Part shown: positions 22,101-32,349 of the stretch, piece after piece
How positions within the stretch are numbered: the stretch's first letter is position 1
Layout: each line of letters begins with the position of its first letter
Translations under genes and position numbers: made by a program
The notes under the pieces: model-generated
Seen by the model: only the letters and a program-made list of their open reading frames with translations
Database searches by the model: none
Told to the model about the DNA's origin: nothing
Source: Macrostomum hystrix
Lineage: Eukaryota > Animalia > Platyhelminthes
DNA: 64,000 nt
Assembly (NCBI GenBank): GCA_950097015.1
Contig: CATNEN010000034.1
Location: 1-64,000, forward strand
Direction of reading: 5' to 3'

Positions 22101-23488
22101 CCCGCAGCGTCAGTGGGGTTTTCGACCCCTGGGGCTAGCCGGCCAATCAAGTCTAATCCAATTAACGCGCTCACCGGTAGAGAGTCAGACACGCAGACAT
22201 CGGCAATTCCCTCAAAGCCGTTTAGGTGCAAATCCACTTTAGCAATAGGTAGCCGGTGTAGATCGCCTCCAAAGCATCGCAATAGTGCATGCCGCCCTGT
22301 CCAATTGATGTCTTCGGGGAGACAATTACGTCGAATTGTCGTTCGATCCGCTCCAGTGTCTAGGAGGAATTCCAGATCCTTGCCACTTGCCTTCCCCTTA
22401 ATCATTCTGGTCCCTGTAGTGCTGGTGCCGACTTTCATGTCTTCCGAGGCCAGATGGATGCTGTTGTTCGGCTTATTCGGGCATTGGAACTTCTTGTGGG
22501 GGCCTCCGCAGTTAAAGCAGCTGATCTTCGTCTTCGACATTGGGGCTCTCTGAATTTCCCGGTGCCGGTCGGCATTGCTAGCCCTAACATGACTCACATC
22601 CTGTGTTTCCTGACTCCGTTGATCGTGAGTTCCGCCGTTTCTGTCGTTGCTGCGGGCCATATAATAGTCGTCCGCTAATTGAGCGGCCTCCTTGATGTTC
22701 TTCGGCTTCCTCTCTCGCATCCACACCTGGAGTCCTCTCCCCAGCGAGTCCGAGAATTGCTCCAGCAGCACCTTCCGTCTGATGATGGTGTCGCCTCCTC
22801 GCAGCTCCTCACGCTCATCCTCGTCCACTCCAGCGGTCATCCATCGATCGAATAGGTCCTCCAGTTTCGCGGCGAACACTTGGTACGACTCCTCCGATGC
22901 CCTCCGCAAGGATCTGAATCGCTGCCGGTACGTCTCCTCGCCAATGTTATACCGCGCCAGGATTGCCGCCTTTGCCATCTCATAGTCCGCAATCGCTGCT
23001 GTCGTCAGGCTGTGGAATGCACTTTGCGCCTTGCCCGTCAGCAGTGGTCCAAGTCGAATCGTCCAATCTTGCTTCTGCCATCCGCATGATGTTGCCGATC
23101 TCTCGAATGTCGCCAGAAATGACTCTATGTCGTCCGCGTCAGTCAGCTTGAACAGCTTTGGCTCCACGGTCTGCGGTCTCGGCTTGGACTCGGCCATGAG
23201 TCTGGCGAATTCCGCCTGCTGTCGTGCTAGCTGCTCCAGATAGAATGCCGACTGTCTCTCCTGAGCCTGTGCCATGTCCTGAAGTTGCCGACTCTGGTGC
23301 GTCAAGATCAGCTTCATCGTCTCCATGAGGTTGGCACTATCTATTCCGCTCAGTTCCTCGCTTTCAGTGGCACCAGTCTCCATCTCTGCCGAGCTCGTCC
23401 TGTTGGAGGCTGCAGATTCGCCTGTTGTATCTCTGGATCGCAGGTTGTATGGCTTAGTTGAGCCTGCACCGCTGCCACCATGTGACAT
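19169..23488 (-). CDS. Gag-Pol polyprotein, 1439 aa: SCAN-like capsid, CCHC knuckle, aspartic protease, integrase, RT, RNase H
   Basis: ETYRQRFR..LLEQF..LQVWMRERKP (SCAN-like); CFNCGGPHKKFQC; LLDTGAD; H-x6-H..CDKC with D,D,E core (IDISGP, QSDKGTNF, VERFHGTLK); GPY; YIDD; TDSSETGLGAVL..EKECLAV..SDHKPL. Confidence 0.97.
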   Translation of the reverse strand: MSHGGSGAGSTKPYNLRSRDTTGESAASNRTSSAEMETGATESEELSGIDSANLMETMKLILTHQSRQLQDMAQAQERQSAFYLEQLARQQAEFARLMAESKPRPQTVEPKLFKLTDADDIESFLATFERSATSCGWQKQDWTIRLGPLLTGKAQSAFHSLTTAAIADYEMAKAAILARYNIGEETYRQRFRSLRRASEESYQVFAAKLEDLFDRWMTAGVDEDEREELRGGDTIIRRKVLLEQFSDSLGRGLQVWMRERKPKNIKEAAQLADDYYMARSNDRNGGTHDQRSQETQDVSHVRASNADRHREIQRAPMSKTKISCFNCGGPHKKFQCPNKPNNSIHLASEDMKVGTSTTGTRMIKGKASGKDLEFLLDTGADRTTIRRNCLPEDINWTGRHALLRCFGGDLHRLPIAKVDLHLNGFEGIADVCVSDSLPVSALIGLDLIGRLAPGVENPTDAAGAAQTAYETQAADPHPPANQEKGVVGAPVCPIRQSEGDRALADEGIMASGLVQIDPEPPSTQRPRLTRAQARKQRQEYREKLEPNIGQMAWDYEAALQEDGEMLEKLRDNDAIIKVNGRLYRTQAAGEDQLVLPKSLRLTALTQAHESAFAGHLGVKKTSQRLLQRFWWPTVAKDVKDFVTTCDKCQKTARIGCTQKVPLVQVPGVEEAFSKVIIDISGPYPKSSSGHKYILSVIDAATRFPEGFPLRNIDAETVAKALIDCFSRTGFPKEIQSDKGTNFSSALLQALYQCTGVEGIQSTPYHPQSQALVERFHGTLKTMLRRLPAREKKKWDLYLPYLLFAIREVPNETTGFSPFELLYGRTVRGPLDLLRQTWDEKLTAEKKDIITFVLAQRDRLQAGLEASRSNEELERKRWKHWYDRRSRERELAPGDQVLLLLPSSSTKLHAEWRGPYEVLEKCNDVNYRIRIGKNTNVFHINLLKKYNSRESILLATTRKADQIDSAQRKSGLPELADTLNFGQKRLLDSLVCDFKDVFSETPGRTSLMEHRIRTTSNQVVRIRPRREPQAYRQVLQDEVQRMLDLGVIEPSDSDYCSPVCLVAKKDGSVRFTVNFKALNELVAFDSYPMKNIEDLLESVAKAKFISKLDCCKGYWQIPLAENSKRLTAFAANGKLYQFTVLPMGLNCSSATYQRLMDKVLLGIDSAESYIDDIAVFSETFEQHLQDLRRVFNRLKAAGLTVQPRKCFLGGTSTDYLGFKLGNDEISTSEDRVRAIKALEQPRTKTQLRSVLGVLNHYRRFIPNYADQVAALTELTRRTTPEDLTAAWGEKHTRAFEVAKALMTSEPVLRAPDYGRPFILETDSSETGLGAVLTQEFEDGIHPVLFVSRRLTAAEQGYATIEKECLAVRWAVEKLRHYLLGRHFIIRSDHKPLQYLQLDHANPRLQRWAHYLSGFDYAIQYQPGESNGAADGLSRLWSPTK
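23467..23480 (-). other. Primer-binding site TGGTGGCAGCGGTG, complementary to the tRNA-Leu (AAG/TAG type) 3' end
   Basis: Directly abuts the 5' LTR. 14-nt complement of ...CACCGCTGCCA-CCA, recalled from vertebrate tRNA-Leu. Confidence 0.8.
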
Positions 23489-23631
23489 TCTGTCTAAGAC
23501 AGATGTAAGTTATCTGAGGCTACTGAGAGCCAGAGTGCAGAAATCTGCCCGCGCGCGGTGCGCACATTGTCTATTTATAGCCATTGGCCAAAACGGGGTG
23601 GTACAAATATATTACGTAGGAAAGCCTCACA
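23481..23631 (-). repeat. 5' LTR (151 bp)
   Basis: Direct repeat of 18866-19016; followed on the minus strand by the PBS. Confidence 0.95.
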
Positions 23632-23897
23632 CATGCATACATGTTTGATGCACTAATCCATGGACTAGGGCTGTTTCATCCTGCTGGTAGCCATTATACA
23701 GCTGGGTGTACTGAATCTATGATAATCACTTTAAGTGTATCTCTCAGGGCAAAAATTGTTTACCTTGTGCTGGAATAGGACCAAGACTCCTAAGCCCCTA
23801 TCATGAATAGTTGCATACTGCACACAGGGGGGGTGAGTGGCAGAGCTGTTAACGCGTTTGCCTGTCTGCCAATGTCCCAGAATCATCGAAAGCCCAC

Positions 23898-24306
23898 CTT
23901 AGTGACGGTGTGCGCAAAGTGCAGTCCGCCAGCGTGGCTGAACCGCATGCCCAGCAGCTGCCGCATGAGCAGCCGGTTGAGTCCGGCCGCCAGGCGGCGC
24001 CAGACTGGCCGGAAAACCGCCGGCTGCAGGCGGTCCCGGCAGGTCTGCAGAGAGTCGCGAACGGCCAGGAACAGCGCGGCCAGAGCCGGAGCGTCGTCCG
24101 GCCGGCTGGACAGGAAAGCGTCCGGGGCGAGGCTCTCCAGCAGGGCGGCCAGCTGGTCTAGGATGCCGCGGACCAGGGAGTCCAGCAGCTCGGACTGGGT
24201 GGCCGCCAGCCGTTTGGCCACCGGCGCGAAGACTCCGGCGCTGGAAGTGTCATCGATGACGCCGACGACGGCGCCCACAGAGAGCTCGGCGACGGCTGTC
24301 GGTTGC
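23898..24306 (-). CDS. RINT1: RINT1 exon 6
   Basis: ...VRDSLQTCRDRLQPAVFRPVWRRLAAGLN..RFSHAGGLHF. Canonical AG/GT; phase consistent with neighbours. Confidence 0.85.
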
Positions 24307-24452
24307 CTTTTTGGGAAGAAATAAAGAAATTAAAAGTAAAACTACACACAAGTATATGGCCGTAACAGCCTATATGTATCGAACTACAATTTAACAACAC
24401 ATTCCTTACAGACTGAAAGCTTTAGCAGAGCCTTAAATCTCACTAAACTCAC

Positions 24453-24667
24453 CTGCCAGCGTCCTCATCAACTGTCGCTGTAGAAGCCGAAGACGCAGCA
24501 GCAGCGGCGGAGGCAGCCCCGTGAATCGCCCGCTCGGACTCCGGCAGCTGTGCCAGTTCGGCATAGTTGAGCTGGTCGGCCCAATCTGTGAGGGAGTCCC
24601 TGGCAAACTGCAGACTGTTCAGGGCGCCGAACCAGCGCGGATCCGAGGTCGGGTAGCGGCGGGTCAC
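24453..24667 (-). CDS. RINT1: RINT1 exon 5
   Basis: LNSLQFARDSLTDWADQLNYAEL resembles the RINT1 LNAVNYI..LADWADNVFFLQL segment. Donor GTGAGT. Confidence 0.8.
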
Positions 24668-24799
24668 CTGCAGGTTGTGGCGGCGCAGCGGAGGCGAGCT
24701 GATGAAAAGTCAGCACTCTACCCAGAAAAATATTCTCAATTCTCAGAACCTACCTAGACAAATTCTCGACTTTTAGCTCGAGTAATCCACAAGGTTGTC

Positions 24800-24945
24800 A
24801 CTCTACCAGGTTCTCTCTCTACCAGGTTCTCACTCTACCAGGTTCTCACTCTACCAGGTTCTCAATCTACCAGGTACTCACTCTACCAGGTACTCACTCT
24901 ACCAGGTTCTCTCTCTACCAGGCCTTACTCTACCAGGATCTCATT
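24800..24945. repeat. 16-bp minisatellite (ctctaccaggttctca) in RINT1 intron 4
   Basis: Visible tandem units. Confidence 0.9.
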
Positions 24946-24984
24946 ACCAATAATACACGGGGTTCCGGGTCCCAGGCCGCTCAC

Positions 24985-25408
24985 CTGTCGCAGGCGGACC
25001 CGGAAATCATCCAGCACGTCCAGTTGCACCCTGAATAGTTGGGCTCGCCGCTTCAAATCGGAGCGCAGCAGGCCGGCCCGGCCGCCCAGCGCCTGTACAA
25101 GGGCCAGCACCGCCTCGGCGCATTGCGGCACAGTCGTCGAGGACGTCGGCTGGCCAGTGACAGCTACGAAGGCGCCGCCAGCCGGACTCCAGGCTCCGCC
25201 AGCCAGCATGATTTCGTCCAGCCTGGCCTGGGCAAACTTGGTTTCGAGGCCCACCCACCAGGCCAGCCAGAGCGGCTCGCCGAGGATGCCGCCAACTGAG
25301 GCCGCGGCAGCCGACAGGCCGGCGGCGTTGAGTTCGCGGTCCAAGGCGAGCAGCTCGTTGATGAGGTGAGCCAGACGAAGATCGGCCTCCTCCTTGTCTG
25401 GCAGCTCC
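24985..25408 (-). CDS. RINT1: RINT1 exon 4
   Basis: AHLINELLALDREL..ETKFAQARLDEIM..VPQCAEAVLAL..QLDVLDDFRVRLRQ. Donor GTGAGC. Confidence 0.88.
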
Positions 25409-25604
25409 CTGACGATGGCAACATTCGCCAGGCTTTTAAACTATTTTAGCCTATTGTAGTCCAGAACACTGGTTGTACATTTTATTTATCCCAAATTTAA
25501 AAAAGTCACTTGGTGACAGTGTCAAAAATGGCGACTTTTTCGCTAATCGTCGCTCAGATTTAACGTGCTGAAGCTTCAGAATCTTCAAACTTCAGCTTCT
25601 TCTA

Positions 25605-26287
25605 GCTCGGGAATATTCTAGCTTGGGAATATCCTAGCTTGGGAATATTCTAGCTTGGGAATATTCTAGCTTAGGAATATTCTAGCTTGGGAATATTCTA
25701 GCTTGGGAATATCCTAGCTTGGGAATATTCTAGCTTGAGAATATTCTAGCTTGGGAATATTCTAGCTTGGGAATATTCTAGCTTAGGAATATTCTAGCTT
25801 GGGAATATTCTAGCTTGGGAATATTCTGGCTTGGGAATATTCTAGCTTGGGAATATTCTAGCTTAGGAATATTCTAGCTTGGGAATATTCTAGCTTGGGA
25901 ATATCCTAGCTTGGGAATATTCTAGCTTGAGAATATTCTAGCTTGGGAATATTCTAGCTTGGGAATATTCTAGCTTAGGAATATTCTAGCTTGGGAATAT
26001 TCTAGCTTGGGAATATTCTAGCTTGGGAATATTCTAGCTTGGGAATATCCTAGCTTGGGAATATTCTAGCTTGGGAATATTCTGGCTTGGGAATATTCTA
26101 GCTTGGGAATATTTTAGCTTGGGAATATCCTAGCTTGGGAATATTCTAGCTTGGGAATATTCTAGCTTGGGAATATTCTAGCTTGGGAATATTCTAGCTT
26201 GGGAATATTCTAGCTTGGGAATATTCTAGCTTGGGAATATTCTAGCTTGGGAATATTCTAGCTTGGGAATATTCTAGCTTGGGAATA
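25605..26287. repeat. 16-bp minisatellite (gggaatattctagctt) in RINT1 intron 3
   Basis: About 40 near-identical units. Confidence 0.95.
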
Positions 26288-26374
26288 TGAAGCCTATTAT
26301 TCGAAAAACTCCACCACACCTAATGTTAAGCATCGCTTAGGCTCCATAAGCTCAAGATAATAATCAATTCCAAC

Positions 26375-26535
26375 CTGTACTGTTCCAGTAGTTGGCGCAG
26401 CTTCCGTTTCACTAGCTCCATCAGGCCGGACGCAAATTCTTGTCGCACATCCCAGGCGGACATGCCCACCTGGTCCAGGCAGGGCTGCACCACCTGGACT
26501 AAGAAGGCTTCGTGCTCCTTCAGCCATTTCAGCAC
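26375..26535 (-). CDS. RINT1: RINT1 exon 3
   Basis: VLKWLKEHEAFL..VQP..RQEFASGLMELVKRKL. Phase 0 in and phase 2 out, matching exon 4. Confidence 0.82.
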
Positions 26536-26614
26536 CTGGCGTGGCATGAAATAAAAAAAATTGTGAGAACAAAGCTTATAGGCAAATGAAATTTAATTTC
26601 AAATTGGATCTTTC

Positions 26615-27445
26615 TAAGAGGATCTTTGTAGAATTTAAGAGGATCTTTGTAAAATTTAGGAGGATCTTTGTAGAATCTGGTGGGATCTTTGTAAAATTTA
26701 GGAGGATCTTTGTAGAATCTGGTGGGATCTTTGTAAAATTTAGGAGGATCTTTTTAGCATCTGGTGGGATCTTTGTAGAGTTTGGGTGATCTTTCTTGAA
26801 TCTGGTGGGATTTTTCTAGAATCCAGGGACCTTTCTAGAATCCAGGGATCTTTCTAGAATCTAGTGGGATTTTTCTAGAATCCAGGGATTTTTCTAGAAT
26901 CCAGGGATCTTTCTAGAATCCAGGGATCTTTCTAGAATCCAGGGATTTTTCTAGAATCCAGGGATCTTTCTAGAATCCAGGGATCTTTCTAGAATCCAGG
27001 AATCTTTCTAGAATCCAGGGATCTTTCTAGAATCAGGGGAATCTTTGTTGAATCTGGGGGATCTTTGTAAAATTTAGGAGGATCTTTGTAGAATCTGGTG
27101 GGATCTTTGTAAAATTTAGGAGGATCTTTTTAGCATCTGGTGGGATCTTTGTAGAGTTTGGGGGATCTTTCTTGAATCTGGTGGGATTTTTCTAGAATCC
27201 AGGGACCTTTCTAGAATCCAGGGATCTTTCTAGAATCTAGTGGGATTTTTCTAGAATCCAGGGATTTTTCTAGAATCCAGGGATCTTTCTAGAATCCAGG
27301 GATCTTTCTAGAATCCAGGGATTTTTCTAGAATCCAGGGATCTTTCTAGAATCCAGGGATCTTTCTAGAATCCAGGAATCTTTCTAGAATCCAGGGATCT
27401 TTCTAGAATCAGGGGAATCTTTGTTGAATCTGGGGGATCTTTCTT
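26615..27445. repeat. ~20-bp minisatellite (tagaatccagggatctttc) with a 376-bp higher-order duplication in RINT1 intron 2
   Basis: Block 26691-27066 is repeated at 27067-27442. Confidence 0.9.
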
Positions 27446-27525
27446 ATTGTGATTTGTGATTTCTTAAGAGTACTAATTGATTTCGCATACATCGACAAGG
27501 ATGAGCCTTTCTAGGAAATTCTCAC

Positions 27526-28047
27526 CTGGGTGAGGAAGATCTCCGGCCTGGCCGGATCGTTAGTGGGCCGGTCGCCGGAGAAGTGAAAGGCGAATCTCTT
27601 GCGAAACGGCTCCAGCATGAGTTCCAGTGGTGGCAGCGACCGCCCGGCCGCCTCCGCCGGCACCTGCAGCTGGGCGAAGCGGCGGAAACTGACGACAAAG
27701 TCTCTCTCCTTAGCGCCGGTGGTGCCCGCAACGACTGTTCCGACGGCGGAGGCGGCGGCGGGGGCGGCCAGGGCGGCATTGTCAGTCAAAGCGGCGCCGA
27801 CGGTGCCGCTGTTGAACGGCCAGCCGATGGCGCGAAGAGCGGCGGAGAATTCGGCGCAGAATTTCCTACGCAACAGGCCGGCCCAGTGGTCCACAATGGC
27901 CTCGGCATCGTTTAGAAGCTCAACAGAATCGGTCTCGGCCAGGCAGGCCGGCGGTCGGAGATCCCGGCGCAGCAGGGCCAGCCGGCGGAACTGCTCGGCG
28001 GCCCGGTCGAAGCTGCCGGCAACAAGGGCGGCCTGCACGGCGCTGGC
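27526..28047 (-). CDS. RINT1: RINT1 exon 2
   Basis: IGWPF..LELMLEPFRKRFAFHFSGDRPTNDPARPEIFLTQ, the RINT1/TIP20 signature RFxYHFxGxRxTN..KPE. Confidence 0.9.
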
Positions 28048-28194
28048 CTGCGGCAGTGGCGGGGGGAAGGCGGATACAAAAAACTGATTTGAGCCTGGTG
28101 GTGGCCCCTGGCAACCTCAATAAGTATATGTGACGCAATGCGCATATTGACCAGACACCACGTACAGACACACCCAGGAAACCATTGAGACACC

Positions 28195-29150
28195 CTGACA
28201 CACACAAAAACCACCAGACATCCACAGACACAGCTGGACACCCACAGACACGGCCGGACACCCACAGACACAGCCGGACATCCACAGACACAGCCGGACA
28301 CCCACAGACACAGCCGGACACCCATAGACACAGCCGGACACCCATAGACACAGCCGGACATCCACAGACACAGCTGGACACCCACAGACACGGCCGGACA
28401 CCCACAGACACAGCCGGACATCCACAGACACAGCCGGACACCCACAGACACAGCCGGACACCCATAGACACAGCCGGACACCCATAGACACAGTAACACA
28501 CCCACAGACACAGCCGGACATCCACAGACACAGCCGGACACCCACAGACACAGCCGGACACCCACAGACACAGCCGGACACCCATAGACACAGCCGGACA
28601 CCCACAGACACAGCCGGACACCCACAGACACAGCCGGACACCCACAGACACAGTAACACACCCACAGACACAGCCGGACACCCACAGACACAGCCGGACA
28701 CCCACAGACACAGTAACACACCCACAGACACAGTAACACACCCACAGACACAGCCGGACACCCATAGACACAGCCGGACACCCACAGACACAGCCGGACA
28801 CGCACAGACACAGTAACACACCCACAGACACAGCCGGACACCCACAGACACAGCCGGACACCCACAGACACAGCCGGACACCCATAGACACAGCCGGACA
28901 CCCATAGACACAGCCGGACATCCACAGACACAGCTGGACACCCACAGACACGGCTGGGCACCCACAGACACAGCCGGACATCCACAGACACAGCCGGACA
29001 CCCACAGACACAGCCGGACACCCACAGACACAGCCGGACACCCATAGACACAGCCGGACACCCACAGACACAGTCAGACACCCACAGACACAGTTGGACA
29101 CCCACAGACACGGCTGGGCACCCACAGACACAGCTGGACACCCACAGACA
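28195..29150. repeat. 20-bp minisatellite (cccacagacacagccggaca) in RINT1 intron 1
   Basis: Visible tandem units; source of the spurious Cys/Val-rich ORFs. Confidence 0.95.
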
Positions 29151-29151
29151 C

Positions 29152-29562
29152 CAGAGACCGCTGCAATCTAACCTGACACTCGAGCTGTTCCCGAAGTCGC
29201 AGCGCTTCCAGTCGCGCCTCCGCGACGTCCAGCTCGGCAGCCCGCTCGGCCAGGCCGCCATCAAGCAGCAGCGGCCGGCACTCGACCAGCTGTCGCTGAC
29301 AGTCGCCGGTCAGCTTGGCGTGCAAAGCCAACAGCTCACAGACTTCGGCCTGCAACTGTCTACAGGCCAGACGGGCCTGGCCGAAGGTCGTGCACTCGTG
29401 CAGGCCGGCCTGCTTGCGCAACAGTTCGAGTCGCTCTGCCGACTCGCGGAGCAGGCTGGGCGCGAACTCGCGCACCGATTCCACAGTTGGCAGCCGCTCG
29501 TTCAGCTGCTTGGTCAGCTCCGCCGACAGAGCAGCTGAGATTGGCGATGTCAACGGATGCGA
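29152..29562 (-). CDS. RINT1: RINT1 exon 1 (coiled-coil N-terminus); starts after a 3' splice acceptor and contains no ATG
   Basis: Acceptor ttccgtctcccccgcAG (29564-29563), then TCG CAT CCG TTG... open for 137 codons. The seven exons sum to about 795 codons, close to full-length RINT1. The donor position is less certain. Confidence 0.7.
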
Positions 29563-29579
29563 CTGCGGGGGAGACGGAA

Positions 29580-31398
29580 CTGGCTGTAGGATTGATGGGA
29601 CTGGCTGTAGGATTGATGGGACTGCCTGTAGGATTGATGGGACTGGCTGTAGGATTGATGGTACTGGCTGTAGGATTGATGGGACTGCCTGGAGGATTGA
29701 TGGGACTGGCTGTAGGATTGATGGGACTGTAGGATTGATGGGACTGGCTGTAGGATTGATGGGACTGTAGGATTGATGGGACTGTGGGATTGATGGGACT
29801 GTAGGATTGATGGGACTGTAGGATTGATGGGACTGTAGGATTGATGGGACTGTAGGATTGATGGGACTGTAGGATTGATGGGACTGTAGGATTGATGGGA
29901 CTGTAGGATTGATGGGACTGTAGGATTGATGGGACTGTATAGGATTGATGGGACTGTAGGATTGATGGGACTGTAGGATTGATGGGACTGTAGGATTGAT
30001 GGGACTGTAGGATTGATGGGACTGTAGGATTGATGGGACTGTAGGATTGATGGGACTGTAGGATTGATGGGACTGTAGGATTGATGGGACTGTAGGATTG
30101 ATGGGACTGTAGGATTGATGGGACTGTAGGATTGATCGGACTGGCTGTAGGATTGATGGGACTGGCTTTACGATTGATGGGACTGGCTGTAGGATTGATG
30201 GGACTGCCTGGAGGATTGATGGGACTGGCTGTACGATTGATGGGACTGGCTGTAGGATTGATGGGACTGCCTGGAGGATTGATGGGACTGGCTGTACGAT
30301 TGATGGGACTGTAGGATTGATGGGACTGTACGATTGATGGGACTGTAGGATTGATGGGACTGGCTGTACGATTGATGGGACTGTAGGATTGATGGGACTT
30401 GCTGTAGGATTGATGGGACTGGCTATAGGATTGATGGGACTGTAGGATTGATGGGACTGGCTGTAGGATTGATGGGACTGGCTGTAGGATTGATGGGACT
30501 GGCTGTAGGATTGATGGGACTGTAGGATTGATGGGACTGTAGGATTGATGGGACTGTAGGATTGATGGGACTGGCTGTAGGATTGATGGGACCGTCTGGA
30601 GGATTGATGGGACTGGCTGTACGATTGATGGGACTGTAGGATTGATGGGACTGTAGGATTGATCGGACTGGCTGTAGGATTGATGGGACTGCCTGGAGGA
30701 TTGATGGGACTGGCTGTACGATTGATGGGACTGGCTGTAGGATTGATGGGACTGCCTGGAGGATTGATGGGACTGGCTGTACGATTGATGGGACTGTAGG
30801 ATTGATGGGACTGTACGATTGATGGGACTGTAGGATTGATGGGACTGGCTGTACGATTGATGGGACTGTAGGATTGATGGGACTTGCTGTAGGATTGATG
30901 GGACTGTACGATTGATGGGACTGTAGGATTGATGGGACTGGCTATAGGATTGATGGGACTGTAGGATTGATGGGACTGGCTGTAGGATTGATGGGACTGG
31001 CTGTAGGATTGATGGGACTGGCTGTAGGATTGATGGGACTGTAGGATTGATGGGACTGTAGGATTGATGGGACTGTAGGATTGATGGGACTGTAGGATTG
31101 ATGGGACTGGCTGTAGGATTGATGGGACCGTCTGGAGGATTGATGGGACTGGCTGTACGATTGATGGGACTGTAGGATTGATGGGACTGTACGATTGATG
31201 GGACTGTAGGATTTATGGGACTGGCTGTACGATTGATGGGACTGTAGGATTGATGGGACTGGCTGTAGGATTGATGGGACTGGCTATAGGATTGATGGGA
31301 CTGTAGGATTGATGGGACTGGCTGTAGGATTGATGGGACTGCCTGGAGGATTGATGGGACTGTAGGATTGATGGGACTGGCTGTACGATTGATGGGAC
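29580..31398. repeat. 17/21-bp mixed minisatellite (ggattgatgggactgta / ggattgatgggactggctgta) between ALDH2 and RINT1
   Basis: About 1.8 kb array ending within ~20 bp of the RINT1 acceptor. Confidence 0.95.
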
Positions 31399-31888
31399 TA
31401 TAATTTTTTCTAGGCAATTCTTATCGAATGAAGGCATGGTAAGCTCTTGCGTACAGGTCTGCATTCATGCATTTGCGGGTAACAAAAATTAAAGCAAAGG
31501 TAAATTAGAATACAGGCAGCAGAGAAAAGCACAAACGAGGCCCAGTTACTGTTTTATTTAAAGCCGTGATTTTAAATTGTTTCAACAACTGCTTACTGCA
31601 CTAAAACTAGCTTCACAAAACGGAAATAGATAACAACAGACATAATGAATGATAATGGCCCAGAAGACTGAACAGGTGCCAAGAGAGTGGCAAAAGATAT
31701 ATAGAGTATGTTTATCTATTTAGCCGAAAGAGGGACGCAAGGCAAGGAATAACCGCTCATTCCTCGCAATTGTAATGATTTTCAAGTCGAAATAAAACTT
31801 TCTCCTAATTTAAAAAGTAGCCTCTTGTCACAGATGCCAGTCTGTTTTATGGAGCAGTCAGGCCAGGTGAGCCGCAGTTTTAGGTGCT

Positions 31889-32221
31889 TCAGCTGTTCTT
31901 CTGGTCCAGCCGGATCATGACGCACTTCACCTCGGTGTAGGCCTCCAGGCCGTACTCGCCCAGCTCGCGTCCGCTGCCGGACATCTTGAAGCCGCCGAAC
32001 GGCGCCGCGGCGTCGAAGTGGTCGTACTCGTTGATCCAGACGGTGCCAGCCCGGAGGCCCTGCATGACGTGCATGGCCTTGTCCAGGTCCTTGGTGAAGA
32101 TGCCGGCCGCCAGGCCGTAGACGGTCTTGTTGCCGCGCTCGATCAACTCGTCGACGGATTTGAACTTCATGATCTGCATCACCGGGCCGAAGATCTCCTC
32201 CTGGGCGATGCGCATCTCGTC
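31889..32221 (-). CDS. ALDH2: Mitochondrial aldehyde dehydrogenase, exon 5 (last)
   Basis: [45 protein letters not shown]. Confidence 0.93.
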   Translation of the reverse strand, partial: DEMRIAQEEIFGPVMQIMKFKSVDELIERGNKTVYGLAAGIFTKDLDKAMHVMQGLRAGTVWINEYDHFDAAAPFGGFKMSGSGRELGEYGLEAYTEVKCVMIRLDQKNS

Positions 32222-32349
32222 CTGGTGGGATTTGGGATAAATTGGGATTTGGGGAATTGTCATTACGAGCGTAGTAGCTAAATAAACATTAACACAATAT
32301 GAGCAAGAATTAAGGAATTCCAGTTCATAGATTTGAGCATAGAACTCTC

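Larger units (their letters stand above)
18866..23631 (-). mobile_element. Full-length Ty3/gypsy LTR retrotransposon, Gmr1-type domain order (Gag-PR-IN-RT-RH)
   Basis: 151-bp LTRs at 18866-19016 and 23481-23631, apparently identical, with TGTGA...TCACA ends. TSD CATGC at 18861-18865 and 23632-23636. PBS, PPT and a single intact ORF are present. Confidence 0.97.

Noticed and set aside
19123-23243. Plus-strand ORFs antisense to gag-pol
   Set aside because: They are shadow ORFs of a GC-rich coding strand with no motifs.
27912-31417. Cys/Val-rich and SPINPT-repeat ORFs (450, 403, 314, 685 aa)
   Set aside because: They are translations of minisatellites in RINT1 intron 1 and the outron.
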